Both the position numbers and the translations under genes were made by a program. This document shows, one piece after another, positions 38,087-52,100 of a stretch of 64,000 nt of DNA. Within the stretch, counting starts at the first letter, position 1. Every line of letters begins with the position of its first letter. This stretch comes from Octopus sinensis. Its lineage: Eukaryota. The stretch spans positions 206,336,001 to 206,400,000 of the forward strand of contig NC_042997.1 of NCBI RefSeq assembly GCF_006345805.1, given 5' to 3'. The notes under the pieces are model-generated. The model searched no databases, had not been told where the DNA came from, and saw nothing but the letters and a program-made list of their open reading frames with translations.

Positions 38087-38426
38087 AATCGTAACTGAGA
38101 TGTCAGCTTAAAAAATTAATAAACAAACAATCGTAACTGAGATATTAGCTTAAAAAATTAATAAACAGACAATCGTAACTGAGATGTTAGCTTAAAAAAT
38201 TAATAAACAAACAATCGTAACTGAGATGTTAGCTTAAAAAATTAATAAATAAACAATCGTAACTGAGATGTCAGCTTAAAAAATTGATAAATAAACAATC
38301 GTAACTGAGATGTCAGCTTAAAAAATTAATAAATAAACAATCGTAACTGAGATGTCAGCTTAAAAAATTAATAAACAAACAATCGTAACTGAGATGTTAG
38401 CTTAAAAAAATTAATAAACAGACAAT
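38087..38426. repeat. Minisatellite, 8 x 42 bp (tcgtaactgagatgtcagcttaaaaaattaataaacaaacaa)
   Basis: Unit starts at 38089, 38131, 38173, 38215, 38257, 38299, 38341 and 38383. Confidence 0.97.
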
Positions 38427-38808
38427 TGCATGCGATACTTATCTTGAAAGGTACAGTCCAAACCCTCGTGCTTGTACGAAGAAATTTTCTTTCACAACAG
38501 AAAAGAAAACAATTCTTTTTCTTTCTTACATTTGACTGAAGATAAATTAAAGACTTGCCACTACATGCTTTTTCGGTGAAGATTCTAGCATGCGTAACCA
38601 ACTTTACTGTATTATATTTGGCTGCAAGCGAAATATATTGCGTTTATAATTAATATATTTTCAATTAATGTATTTTAGTAGACTTTATGAGTTAACAAGT
38701 TCTACGTTTTGTTACTTTTAGTAGAATATTTCGTCGATTTATGCAAACCTTTTTGTTTTTTCACAGAGCAAGAGCAAACACGTCTTTCCTCTATGAAAAC
38801 CGGAAGTA

Positions 38809-38849
<41 letters not shown>

Positions 38850-39173
38850 CCAGTGATGCAGCACGGATGTTTGTCAGTGAACAGGTCGCGGTCTTATAGC
38901 GACGAAAATATTTTGACAAATTAAACTTAAATGTTGAAGTGAATCGAACGGCTTTTGTGTGTTTCTTAAATGGCCTACAAACACCTTCCATGTTGCAATT
39001 GTTTTCGTTCCAGCACACGATCTCAGATCAAATCACTTGCTATGCAAGTACATCTCCATAATATATATACATACATATATACATATACATATATATATAT
39101 ACATGTATATATATTATATACATATATATATACACATGTATATATATATATATATATACATATATATATACAC

Positions 39174-39204
<31 letters not shown>

Positions 39205-39217
39205 CATATATATATAC

Positions 39218-39465
39218 ATCATCATCATCATCATCATCATCGTTTAACGTCCGTTTTCCGCGCTAGCACGGGTTGGACGGTTTCGACCGGGGTCTGGGGA
39301 GCTAGGGACTGCCCCAGGCTCCAGTCTAGTCTGGCAGTGTTTCTACAGCTGGATGCCCTTCCTAACGCCAACCACTCCACGAGTGTAGTGGGTGTTTTTT
39401 ATGTGCCACCTGCACAGGTGCCAGAGGGGTCTGGCATCGACCACGTTCGGATGGTGCTTTTTATG
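39218..39465 (-). mobile_element. RTE family A 3' UTR copy
   Basis: (CAT)n followed by cgtttaacgtccgttttcc...ggatgcccttcctaacgccaacc. Confidence 0.85.
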
Positions 39466-39937
39466 TGTGTGTGTGGGGGGCAGAAATATAGGGGAGCACC
39501 AGTGGGGAGGGGTGGTTCAGAGAAATGATGACAGGTTCTAGGCAAGTAGAACGTAGGATATCAAGAAAGGGGTAATGCATGGTGAAATAGCGTATTGAAG
39601 AGAGGGGTTCGAAGAGTAGACACCTATAATGGTGGTGGGAGAAGCGACATCCGGTATAGATGGAGCAAAAATATAGAGATATCCGGTATTGGTGGTGGGG
39701 GTGGGCAAGGGCGGGTGCACCGGGAATATGACTGGCTGGCTTAAAAATGCTCTTAGCAAAGGAAGAGGGGGGATGGCAGACAACGTAAAAGAGGGAGAGA
39801 GAGAGAAGGGAAATAGTGGAACCCCGCGAAAATGGGCCGCCATTGAAAAAAGCCCCTGTATGGAGAAATAATATGCAATACGAGGCGAAGCTGAAATAGT
39901 ATAATAATAATAATAATAATAATAAGCAATTTTCGAC

Positions 39938-40037
39938 NNNNNNNNNNNNNNNNNNNNNNNNNNNNNNNNNNNNNNNNNNNNNNNNNNNNNNNNNNNNNNN
40001 NNNNNNNNNNNNNNNNNNNNNNNNNNNNNNNNNNNNN
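39938..40037. other. Assembly gap (100 N)
   Basis: Run of n. Confidence 1.
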
Positions 40038-40053
40038 ACCAAGAGTGCCATGT

Positions 40054-40094
<41 letters not shown>

Positions 40095-40100
<6 letters not shown>

Positions 40101-40927
40101 GTGTAATGTCAGTGTGCACACGCAACAGAGTGTAAGCACCCTGAGAGAAATGCTGGACATAAGAAGCATCAGATGCGGTGTGCAAGTGCGACGCTAGCGA
40201 TGGTATGGTCATGTACTGCAGATGGATGAGGAGAGATGTGTGAAGAAGTGCCACTCCCAAACAGTTGAAGGTATCAGGGGGAGAGGTAGACCGAGGAAGA
40301 CATGGGATGAGGTAGTCAAGCATGACCTCAGAGCATTGGGCCTTACAGAGACAATGACGAAGGACCGAAATCTCTAGAGATATGCTGTGACTGCAAAGAC
40401 AAGGACTGCTTCCTGCACCAGTTCCGCATAGCCCCTGCCCATTCAAAGTACCTTGGATTTCAGAAAAACCCGCTGTGCTTGAGTCAAGGACATGAACATC
40501 GAAATAAATATCAATGGAAATAGTAGTTGTGATACCTGTGCCGGTGGCACATAAAAAGCACCATCTGAACGTGGCCGATGCCAGTGCTGCCTTGACTGGC
40601 TTCTGTGCTGGTGGCACGTAAAAAGCAGCATCCAAACGTGGCCGATGCCAGCGCCGCCTTGACTGGCTTCCGTGCCGGTGGCACGTTAAAAGCACCAACC
40701 GATCGTGACCGCTGCCAGACTCCCCTGGCACCTGTGCCGGTGGCACGTAAAAAGCACCCACTACACTCGTGGAGTGGTTGGCGTTAGGAAGGGCATCCAG
40801 CTGTAGAAGCACTGCCAGATCAGACTGGAGCCTGGTGCAGCCTCCTGGCTTCCTAGACCCCAGTCGAACCGTCCAACCCATGCTAGTACGGAAAACGGAC
40901 GTTAAACGATGATGATGATGATGATGA
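40095..40927 (+). mobile_element. RTE family A 3' end (ORF C-terminus, 3' UTR, (GAT)n)
   Basis: 'RWYGHV...GRGRPRKTWDEVVKHDL' reading at 40195-40330, followed by the family 3' UTR. Confidence 0.88.
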
Positions 40928-41699
40928 TATATACAGTGATCTTTCTGGCTGAGGAAGCAATAACCAAAAAGTTTGTCACATAGATATTTGAATCAAATTG
41001 ACATGTTCATATTATATACCTATTTTTCAAATTAAGAAAATCACAATTAAAACTTATCTATTTTATTTAAATGTTAATTCAGATTTTGGGTTAGAGAAAT
41101 CTGTCCCAGATTCACTGGAATGTTTTTTTTTTCCTTAGTGAAAATCGTGCTGGTGACAAGATCAATGGGGGTAGGGGTGGGTGAAATTTCTGAGGCTTCC
41201 ACCTCACCGTAATCTGTTTTTTGGACCCCCAAAAGGGTTTTGTAGCATTATAGGATGTCACAGGAATTCAATCAACGAAAAAAAGAAAACGAATTTCTAA
41301 TGAATCCAGGACCGGGGGCAAGGGGAGTTCTCCCCATTCACACCCTGCCTTCCCGTGGAGGTTGGGGTACTTGATTCCATGCAAAAAATCCAAGTTTTTT
41401 TTTTAGTGAAAATCATGCGGGTGTTACTCTGAAAAGTTACCCAGAAAGCTTTGTTAACTGGGGCAAAGCTTCATCTAATCCACTATTATGCAGAATGTAA
41501 AATTAATCTTGAACGGATATTCCTTTTAGTTTAGCATCTTTTGACTGTCGAAATGGTCTCCATAAGAATGTTTAAGGCAAGCTAGAGATATTTCCTAGTT
41601 GTCGTTATTTCATTTTATTGGATCGAGAAATGCTAAAAAATGTAATTCATTTAAATTTTGAAATCGTATCTCAATTTGCTCGCAAATTAAATCTATAAT

Positions 41700-42760
41700 T
41701 TTGTAAAACAGCTGTCTGTATCTTTTTTTTGTTTCAAATGCAACTTTTTCTTTCCTTTGTTAGAGGCTAAATGCCATCAACGCTAGCCCCAAACTTTCAC
41801 AAGTTCAGGAAAGACTTCTTACTTTACGAATACAGTGGTGATTTTACTTAGAAAGAAGTGCTAAAAGAGGGTCGTCCAAAAAAACTTGATTCCGAAATGT
41901 TGGAAGCTCTTGTTTCAGAGAACCCTACCATTACCACTTGGGAATTTGCAGAACAGTTAAACATGGCCCATACAACTGTGGTATGCCAGCTAAAGCACAT
42001 TGGAAAGGTTTCAGTGGCTGGAAAATGGGTCCCTCATGAGCTGTCTCCAGAGAATTGACAACAGCATGCTGCTTGTTGTCAATCATTGCTTTCGTGACAC
42101 TTTCAAGCAACATTTTTAGACAGGCTTGTTACAGGTGATGAGAAGTGGATTCTTTGCCATAATGTTAAATGCCGCTATTCTTGGATCAATTGAGGAGGAC
42201 GGCCAGTTCAACAACCAAGAACAGGACTTCATCCAAAGAAGATCATGCTGAGTGTATGGTGGGATATTAAAGGAGCAATCCATTATGAACTGTTGGACAA
42301 CAACCAAACAATTAATGCTAATCTTTACTGTGAACAACTTCATCGTTTGAAAACAGTTCTGAGCCAAAAGCAAGGTTCCTTGGTTAACAGAAAGGGTGTC
42401 ATCCTCCATCACGATAATGCTTGTCCTCACACAGCTCGACTGACCAAAACTCTCTTGGAAGAACTTGGTTGGGAAATACTGCCTCATTCTTCATATTCTC
42501 CTGATCTTGCTCCTTCTGATTACCATTTGTTCTGAGGACTACAGAACCATTTTGATAGACTTAGGTTAACAACAAGAGAAGAGATTGAAAATAAGTTGGA
42601 TTTATACTTTAGTTCTAAACCTACAGAATTGTACAAATGAAGCATTTATAAGGTTGTTGAAAGCAATGGAGAGTATGAATAGATATTTCCATAGTCATTG
42701 GCTTTTTCATTTTTACCTGAGATCTTTAAATTAGACATAACTTTTGCACCAACCTGATAC
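41700..42760 (+). mobile_element. mariner (DD34D) transposase pseudogene with 3' TIR
   Basis: 'GRPKKLD', 'WVPHEL', 'VTGDEKW', 'HPKKIMLSVWW', 'HHDNACPH', 'YSPDLAPSDYHLF'; TIR-like gacataacttttgcaccaacctgata at ~42734-42759. Confidence 0.92.
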
Positions 42761-42999
42761 TTCATTTTTAGTAATACTTATAAGATTAAGGTAACTCCTC
42801 CAGAAATAGATTGACAAGTTTCTTTTTTGAACCTGTGGAAGACACACGAGGTTTTGAAATATCATTCACTTGATGACAATGGCACTCTTCGTTTTTTCGC
42901 TTCTACATCTTCTGGAGGAGTTACTTCAATCCTATAAGTATCATCATCATCATCATCATCACCACCACTGCCACCGCTGCCGCCACCACCACCACCATT

Positions 43000-44355
43000 G
43001 TAGATGTCGCACAGTATACAATATCGTGAGATTGTTGATCAAAGATATTGTGTCTACCGGGGGTTTGCAGTGTTTGTCAAGTCACAACAAGGACCTCAGG
43101 CAGACAATACTTTACACAATTCCAAGTAATGCTGACTTTTGCAATACATCTAGATTGCAGGGTATCTCTAAGGACTTCAGATGTTTTTTTTCAGATTGGA
43201 TGGTATTGAACCCAATTCTCCGATGACAATAGGGATAACCTTTATGTTCGACTCTTCTACCTGCCACATCTTAGCAATCTCAATTCTCAGGTTTCCATAT
43301 TTATCAACCTTTTTCTCTTTATTTCATGATGATGTGTTGATCTCCTGGCCCTGCCAAATCGATTATTTGGCACTTTTGTTTGTCCCTCCTAAAGGTTTCT
43401 ATATCTGGCCTTCAGTTCTCTAACACTTTCTCTGTCTGGAAATCAAAGTCCCAGAGGATTTTTGCCTTCCCCTTTTCGTTTATTACCTTTTCTGGTGTAT
43501 GTTGGTACCAAGCACCCATAACCTCAGATGCATACCCATGGCATAGTAGCCAGTGGAGGTTTTGGGCTACTTTGTCGTGTCTACGCATGTATTCTTCCTG
43601 CTCAAGGCTTTCTCATGCGCTAACAGTGAGTCACACTTTCGACCCTCTTCCCACACATTCTGCAGAGGTCTGTTGCACTTGTGTGGTATATATTCTTTTT
43701 CACTGAGTTGGTATTCAATGCCTGGTCCTTCTGCACAAGCAGCATACTGTAGCAGGTCTTCTTTGCTGTTTACCAAATATTCTACCATCTTGCTTGTTTC
43801 ACTGTTGATGCACTCCAGTACACTAATCAGCCCATGTTCACCTTTACCTCTCTTCATGTGTACCTTAGGATGGAGGGCACCATGCATTGTCATTTTCTTT
43901 TGGGTAATGTGATTGAGTTGGTCAGTCTCTTGCTTTCTCTCTCCGTCTGGCAATTCTATCCCCCTACAATTTGCTTCAAAGTAAGCATCGCACACTTTGA
44001 GATACGGAATTCCATCCCTATATCATTGCTGCACATTTGCACTATCTCACCCAGCCCTTCCATTTTAGGCTCTGTTTTTTTTTTTTTGCAAACAGTTTTA
44101 AATTGTCCATGAAGCAAAGGTGGTTGAGATGAGGTCCATTCTTTCTCAGCTCATAGTGCACGTTGATGTTTACGTAGGACTACAGAAGATGGGATCAAGG
44201 GCATAACAAATGACAGAGGTGAACAGGAGTCTCCTTGGAAGATACCTCTTTTGATTGTTACTTCAGCTAAGTGTTGATTGTTACAGAAAAGACATTTTTC
44301 CAACTAGGCATGCTGTTCTTAATCAGTGCACACACATTCTCAGCAATTCCACACG
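43000..44355 (-). mobile_element. R4/Dong-like non-LTR relic (RT and RLE, internally deleted)
   Basis: 'KRGIFQGDS' (~44235-44255), 'KKMTMHGALHPK...RGKGEHGLISV' and 'KILWDFDFQT...RPDI...KVIPIVIGELG'. Confidence 0.7.
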
Positions 44356-44379
44356 TTGTTGTTGTTGTTGTTATTATTA

Positions 44380-45720
44380 AAGGTATTGATGAAAGTTACA
44401 GAAAGTGTCATAGCTCAATTAATTAGGAAGAGTTAGTTTAGATGAGATGCAATTCAGATCCATGCCAGGCAGGACTAATGCTATATTCCTGATTGGGCAA
44501 CTGCATGAGAAATATTTAACCAAAAATAAACTTCTGTACCTGGCTTTTGTTGACATGGAGAAAGCCATTGGCAGAGTTCCCTGCTCCTTTATCTGGTGGT
44601 CAGTGAGGAAGCTCAGGATGGATAAGTGGTTAGTGAGAGTTGTACAAGCCATATAAAGGAATGCTGTCAGTAAGGTGAAGGTTGGCAATCAGTATAATGA
44701 TGAATTCAGAATACAAATAGGGGTTTAGCAAGGATCAGTCTTCAGTCCCCTCTTGTTCATTATAGTTCAGGCAATAACAGAGGAATTCAAGACAGGCTGC
44801 CCCTGGGAGCTCCTCTATGTTAATGATCTTGTTCTTATATCTGAATTATTACCTGAACTATAGAAAAAATTTCAGGTATGAGAGCAAGGTCTAGAATCGA
44901 AGAGCCTTAAAGTTAATCTAGCAAAGTCTTCAGGTAGATGTCCCTATTCAATCTGTAGAAGTGGCATAGGTAGAAACTCCATAAGATGTATCCAGTGCAA
45001 GCTATGGACACATGAGAAGTGCAGTAATATCAGAGGAAGGTTAGTAGGGAAATAGTTTTTGCATGTGAAATGTGTACTTGTACAATTAACACTAAAAATG
45101 TGTACAGAAAATAGACTCCATTAAATGCCAGGGGAAAAAAAACTAGAATTAAATGATAGCTTTCATTATCTAGGTGACCAAGTCAACAGTGGAGGTGGCT
45201 ACCATGAGAGCGTAGTTGCTAGAATAAGAATAGGCTGGGCAAAGTTCAAAGAACTCCTGCTTCTGTTGGTAACCAAGGGCCTCTCTCTCAGAGTGGAAGG
45301 TAGATTTTATGATGTCTGTCTGCAAACAGCCATGTTACACAGTAGTGAAACAGGCTGTAACTACTGAGGACATGTGAAGGCTTGAAAGAAATGATGCTAG
45401 TGTGCTTTGCTGGATGTGCAATGTTAGTGTGCATGTTCAACAGAGTGTAAGCATCTTGAGAGAAAAGTTGGACATAAGAGGCATCAGATGTGATGTAGAA
45501 GTGAGACAACTGCACTGGTATGGGCATATGATGCATATGGAGGAGGACAGCTGTGTAAAGAAGTATCAATTTCTTACTGTGGGGGGGGGACCTGTGAGGT
45601 AGACCCAGGAAGGTAGACCCAGGAAGAAAATGTTGAACCTCACAGAGGTGATAACAAGCGACCGAGACCTCTGGCGATATGTCATGCTTGGAAAGAAAGA
45701 CCATCAAGCCAAGTGAATAG
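44380..45720 (+). mobile_element. RTE family A RT to C-terminus fragment
   Basis: 'LYLAFVDMEKA', 'WAKFKELL...KGLSLRVEGR', 'LHWYGHM'. Confidence 0.87.
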
Positions 45721-46129
45721 GACAGGAGGAATGAACAGGTAGAAGGTGTTAATTGAGAAATTAACAATTAGCGATTAAGAAATGTTATGCTAAAAATGAA
45801 AAATGAAAAGAATTTTAAAAATTAAAAAATGCAAAGATGATGAAGAGTTGGGGCAGTGTGAAAGGGTGAGGTTTTAATAGATTACATGAGCTGTGAGGAG
45901 ACCCTTGGAAATCCTTGTTTAAAATTTCAGAAAGGTTTTAAGAAATTTTAAAAGTTCAAAAGTTTTAAGTTTCTCAAAAAAAATTCCGCTGAGGTCAACT
46001 TCACCTTTCATCCTTTCGGGGTCAATTAAGCAAGTACCAGTTATGCACTGGGGTCGATGTGTCAACTTAATCCCTTTGTCTGTCCTTGTTTATCCCCCTG
46101 TGGACAATAAAGAAATAAATTACTGTACA

Positions 46130-46775
46130 ACAGTGTGTAAGCGTTTTCAGAGAAAAGTTGGGCATAAGAGGCATCAGATGTTGTGTGCAAGAGAGATGAC
46201 AGCACTGGTATGGTCATGTGTTGTGTATGGATGAGGACAGCTACATAAAGAGGTTTCAATCTTTAATTATGGAAGGGGTAAACTCAGGAAGGCATGGGAC
46301 AAAATAAAGAGAAAAGATCTTCAGCTTTTGCGTCTTCTAGAGGAGATGACCAGGGATTGAAACTTCTGGTGGTTTGCTGCACTTGAGAAGACAAGTGAAG
46401 CTGTGTGAAACTGTGGCTGGCCATACATACAGGCGAGTGCTCTACGATGTCCTTCACTCAGCTGAGGGATTCTAGTCATGCAAGCTTGCGGATGCTGGTG
46501 CCATGTAAAAGCACCTGTGCCAGTGACATGTAAAAGTGCCCATGCTGGTGCTTCATAAAAGCATCCATGCCAAAGCCACATAAAAGTGCCCATGCCAATC
46601 CCACATGAAAGCACCCAGTGCTACTCTGTAAAGTGGTTAACATTAGGAAGGGCATCCAGCTGTAGAAACTGTACCAAGGGACAAATGGAGACCAGACAAC
46701 TCTCCAGCTAGCCAGTTCCTGTCAAACCATTTAACCCATCCCAACATGGATAATGGATGTTAAGTGATGATGAGT
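46130..46775 (+). mobile_element. Decayed RTE family A 3' end, preceded by a SINE fragment at ~45980-46120
   Basis: taggaagggcatccagctgtagaaac...aacccat...gttaagtgatgatga. Confidence 0.7.
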
Positions 46776-49042
46776 ATGACTTAAACAGACAGGTAGCTAA
46801 GTAGGTGAACTTATAAATATTTCAAAAGTTATGCAAAAAGAGAAATATATTAATAGATATACAAATAGATAAATCACTGAACTGAAGTGAAATGAAAAAA
46901 AATGAAAATATTCTCTATTAGTAAAAACTCAGACTGAACCTTGTTGGTGGTTGGACAGTGAACTGTGTGGTGTGCATAGTTTATTTTTTAAAAATTCCCT
47001 CACTTAACACATGTGCTTTAATGCAATTAATTACTGTGTGCTCAATTGAAACATTTGTTAATGAAATATGGACAGAAGTTGGTGATATTAACTAAAAAGA
47101 TAAAAAATGAAAAGGATTATTTTTCAAAAAGAGAAATAATTAAAAGTGAACATGTATAACATGTAGGATGGGTCAGCCTCCACAATAATTTCAGTGAAAT
47201 CACTACAATAACAGATGCACAAGATGAAATGTGCTTCCTAATACTTCGCATGAATCTGGCTTCAAGTGATTCCAACTTTCCTTTCATTTCTGAAAGAGTT
47301 CAGTTCCCTGTAAGGCTACCTTACTCTTCTGACAATACAAAAGGCACAGGGACAGACATTTAACAAAATTAAAATATATTTACCACATCCTGTGTTTAGC
47401 CATAAGCGGTTATACATAGCATTTTCTAAGGCTAGGAAATTATCTGATGTGGCAGTGAAAATAGTTGAGACCAATAGACAAGGTAAACAAGAAGGTAAAA
47501 ATCTTACAAAAGCCATTGTGTATAAAGAAGAGGTTTAATGGTAAACCTCTTCCAACATATCAAGAAATACTATCAAAATTTTGCATGTCACAAAAACAAT
47601 ATGTGCCTGGAAAGATGTTCAACTTTCCCAAGGATTCAAAGAAATATGCACACGGCCCGGACTGGATGTCTCATTGCTTTTTTTTATGATATAGATCATG
47701 ATGCTGTCATCTGCTGGCTTTGAACTAGTTGACCCCACTTCTTATTTTAGTGATTAACAAAAAAAAAACACTTGTCTGAGAACCAGAATCACAGTGATGA
47801 GAACATCTTATCTGCTGTTGAAGACTTTTTGACTTACAGGATAGCTGCTTCACCATTGCAATCCAAGCACTGCAACACCGATAAAAGGAGCGTGAGGGAG
47901 ATCTTTTCTGTTTGGATTTAATTTTCAATTCCTTCAGTTTTGTTCCAATTGGTTTCAAATTTGGTGTATTGATGTAGTTTTTTTTGTATGCTAATTACGG
48001 AGATGAAAGTAATTTTTGCCATTACTTAAATAAAAAGCTAATAGCTTTTAAAGTCTGCAAATTTTGGATAATTGCATGAACTGAACTACAGTCTGGTTTT
48101 TTTGTTGTTATTAGTTGTTGTAATGCTGTCCTTATGCACAAAATGCTAACTTCCAAATCTTGTTTTCTGATTGAGTAAAAATGGTCAAAGTTTAAACTTT
48201 TGTAACATTTTCTAAAGTGAATAACACCAGATTCAGTGTGAAAAATTACATCAAGAAGCCAAATTTAAAACTTTTTACTTGATTTTAAGATTTCAAAAAC
48301 TGAAGCCAAGCAGAAAAGATCCTGGTAGGGCTATGTTAAAAAGCGAAATTCATTTGGTCACATTTCATGAAAATATCTTGTTCAGGATTATGAACTTTGC
48401 AGCCGACCCTAGTAAGAATAAAAAAGTATTGTTATTTTTATACCTGGGTTTGTTTTGATATTTACATTGAAAAAATATCCATCTTGTTTGTAAAAAAATT
48501 TGGACCTGGGTTGGCACACTCTAGGAAGATTTTGATCCAGGCCACTGATGGCAGCTATAATGATAACAACAACAACAAAAGTAAACAAACATTAGCATAT
48601 AGGAGTTAATATTTACTATCATGAAGCTTGATGTGGTAACAATGATTTTATTTTACTTCAATAATTAAGGTGGTGAGTTGGCAGAATCATTAGCATGTTG
48701 TGCAAAATGCTTAGTGGCATTTCATGTGTCTTAACGTTCTGTGGTCAACTTTAGCTTTCCTTCTTTCAGCATTGATAAAATAAGTAGGAATTGAGCCCTG
48801 GGGTTGATGTAAATGACTTGCTCCCTCCTGTGCACTAGTTGGACTTGTTGGGAAATTGGAATCCAATATTCTTTCAATGATTTCAGAGTGGTTGGCATTA
48901 GGAAGGGCATCTAGCCATAGAAAACCACTCAGGGGTTTGTTGCGGTCTCCCAGCTTACCACCCCGGTAAAACTGTCCAACCCATGCCACCATGGAAAACA
49001 GATGTTAAAAGATGATGATGGTTCTTATTATTACAGCGATTA

Positions 49043-49165
49043 CGGTGGGGAGTTGGCAGAATCATTAGCATGTTGGATGAAATGGCGGGTGGCATTTCAG
49101 CCATCTTTACACTCAAAGTTCAAATTCTACCAGGGACGACTTTGTCTGTCATCCTTTTGCATTTG
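49043..49165 (+). mobile_element. SINE head leading into the satellite
   Basis: ggtggggagttggcagaatcattagc...aagttcaaattc...gactttgtctgtcatcctttt, homologous to 25970-26085. Confidence 0.75.
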
Positions 49166-52100
49166 CACTGCGATCGATGTAATTGACTTAGTCACTCTCC
49201 TGAAATTGCTGGTCTTGTGCCAAAATTTGAAACCAAAATTCCAATGATGTTTATGGTCAATAAAATAAGTACCAGTTGAGCACTGGGGTTGATGTAATTG
49301 ACTTAGCCACTCTCCCGAAATTGCTGGTCTTGTGCCAAAATTTGAAACCAAAATTCCAGTGATGTTTATGGTCAATAAAATAAGTACCAGTTGAGCACTG
49401 CGGTTGATGTAATTGACTTAGCCACTCTCCCGAAATTGCTGGCCTTGTGCCAAAATTTGAAACCAAAATTCCAGTGATGTTTATGGTCAATAAAATAAGT
49501 ACCAGTTGAGCACTGGGGTGATGTAATTGACTTAGCCACTCTCCGAAATTGCTGGTCTTGTGCCAAAATTGAAACCAAAATTCCAGTGATGTTTATGGTC
49601 AATAAAATAAGTACCAGTTGAGCACTGCGGTTGATGTAATTGACTTAGCCACTCTCCTGAAATTGCTGGCCTTGTGCCAAAATTTGAAACCAACATTCCA
49701 GTGATGTTTATGGTCAATAAAATAAGTACCAGTTGAGCACTGGGGTTGATGTAATTGACTTAGCCACTCTCCTGAAATTGCTGGCCTTGTGCCAAAATTT
49801 GAAACCAACATTCCAGTGATGTTTATGGTCAATAAAATAAGTACCAGTTGAGCACTGGGGTTGATGTAATTGACTTATCCACTCTCCCGAAATTGCTGGT
49901 CTTGTGCCAAAATTTGAAACCAAAATTCCAGTGATGTTTATGGTCATAAAATAAGTACCAGTTGAGCACTGCGGTTGATGTAATTGACTTAGCCACTCTC
50001 CTGAAATTGCTGGCCTTGTGCCAAAATTTGAAACCAACATTCCAGTGATGTTTATGGTCAATAAAATAAGTACCAGTTGAGCACTGCGGTTGATGTAATT
50101 GACTTAGCCACTCTCCTGAAATTGCTGGCCTTGTGCCAAAATTTGAAACCAAAATTCCAGTGATGTTTATGGTCAATAAAATAAGTACCAGTTGGCACTG
50201 CGGTTGATGTAATTGACTTAGCCACTCTCCGAAATTGCTGGTCTTGTGCCAAAATTTGAAACCAAAATTCCAGTGATGTTTATGGTCAATAAAATAAGTA
50301 CCAGTTGAGCACTGCGGTTGATGTAATTGACTTAGCCACTCTCCTGAAATTGCTGGCCTTGTGCCAAAATTTGAAACCAACATTCCAGTGATGTTTATGG
50401 TCAATAAATAAGTACCAGTTGAGCACTGCGGTTGATGTAATTGACTTAGCCACTCTCCTGAAATTGCTGGCCTTGTGCCAAAATTTGAAACCAACATTCC
50501 AGTGATGTTTATGGTCAATAAAATAAGTACCAGTTGAGCACTGGGGTTGATGTAATTGACTTAGCCACTCTCCTGAAATTGCTGGCCTTGTGCCAAAATT
50601 TGAAACCAACATTCCAGTGATGTTTATGGTCAATAAAATAAGTACCAGTTGAGCACTGCGGTTGATGTAATTGACTTATCCACTCTCCCGAAATTGCTGG
50701 TCTTGTGCCAAAATTTGAAACCAAAATTCCAGTGATGTTTATGGTCAATAAAATAAGTACCAGTTGAGCACTGCGGTTGATGTAATTGACTTAGCCACTC
50801 TCCTGAAATTGCTGGCCTTGTGCCAAAATTTGAAACCAACATTCCAGTGATGTTTATGGTCAATAAAATAAGTACCAGCTGAGCACTGGGGTTGACGTAA
50901 TTGACAGCCACTCTCCTGAAATTGCTGGCCTTGTGCCAAAATTTGAAACCAAAATTCCATTCATGTTTATGGTCAATAAAATAAGTACCAGCTGAGCACT
51001 GGGGTTGACGTAATTGACTTAGCCACTCTCCTGAAATTGCTGGCCTTGTGCCAAAATTTGAAACCAAAATTCCATTCATGTTTATGGTCAATAAAATAAG
51101 TACCAGCTGAGCACTGGGGTTGATGTAATTGACTTAGCCACTCTCCTGAAATTGCTGGCCTTGTGCCAAAATTTGAAACCAACATTCCAGTGATGTTTAT
51201 GGTCAATAAATAAGTACCAGTTGAGCACTGCGGGTGATGTAATTGACTTATCCACTCTCCCGAAATTGCTGGTCTTGTGCCAAAATTTGAAACCAAAATT
51301 CCAGTGATGTTTATGGTCAATAAAATAAGTACCAGTTGAGCACTGGGGTTGATGTAATTGACTTAGTCACTCTCCTGAAATTGCTGGCCTTGTGCCAAAA
51401 TTTGAAACCAACATTCCAGTGATGTTTATGGTCAATAAAATAAGTACCAGTTGAGCACTGGGGTTGATGTAATTGACTTAGTCACTCTCCTGAAATTGCT
51501 GGCCTTGTGCCAAAATTTGAAACCAAAATTCCAGTGATGTTTATGGTCAATAAAATAAGTACCAGTTGAGCACTGGGGTTGATGTAATTGACTTAGTCAC
51601 TCTCCTGAAATTGCTGGCCTTGTGCCAAAATTTGAAACCAACATTCCAGTGATGTTTATGGTCAATAAAATAAGTACCAGTTGAGCACTGGGGTTGATGT
51701 AATTGACTTAGTCACTCTCCTGAAATTGCTGGCCTTGTGCCAAAATTTGAAACCAAAATTCCAGTGACGTTTATGGTCAATAAATAAGTACCAGTTGAGC
51801 ACTGCGGTTGATGTAATTGACTTAGCCACTCTCCTGAAATTGCTGGCCTTGTGTCAAAATTTGAAACCAACATTCCAGTGATGTTTATGGTCAATAAAAT
51901 AGTACCAGTTGAGCACTGGGGTTGATGTAATTGACTTAGACACTCTCCTGAAATTGCTGGCCTTGTGTCAAAATTTGAACCAACATTCCAGTGATGTTTA
52001 TGGTCAATAAAATAAGTACCAATTGAGCACTGGGGTTGATGTAATTGACTTAGCCACTCTCCTGAAATTGCTGGCCTTGTGCCAAAATTTGAAACCAACA

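Noticed and set aside
39538-40881. 447-aa ORF
   Set aside because: It reads through 100 Ns and the antisense strand of an RTE 3' end.
47160-48415. Possible DNA transposon relic (weak tagg..gggtc / gaccctag termini, short ORF 47465-47689)
   Set aside because: The terminal similarity is too weak and no transposase motif is recognisable, so it is left unannotated.
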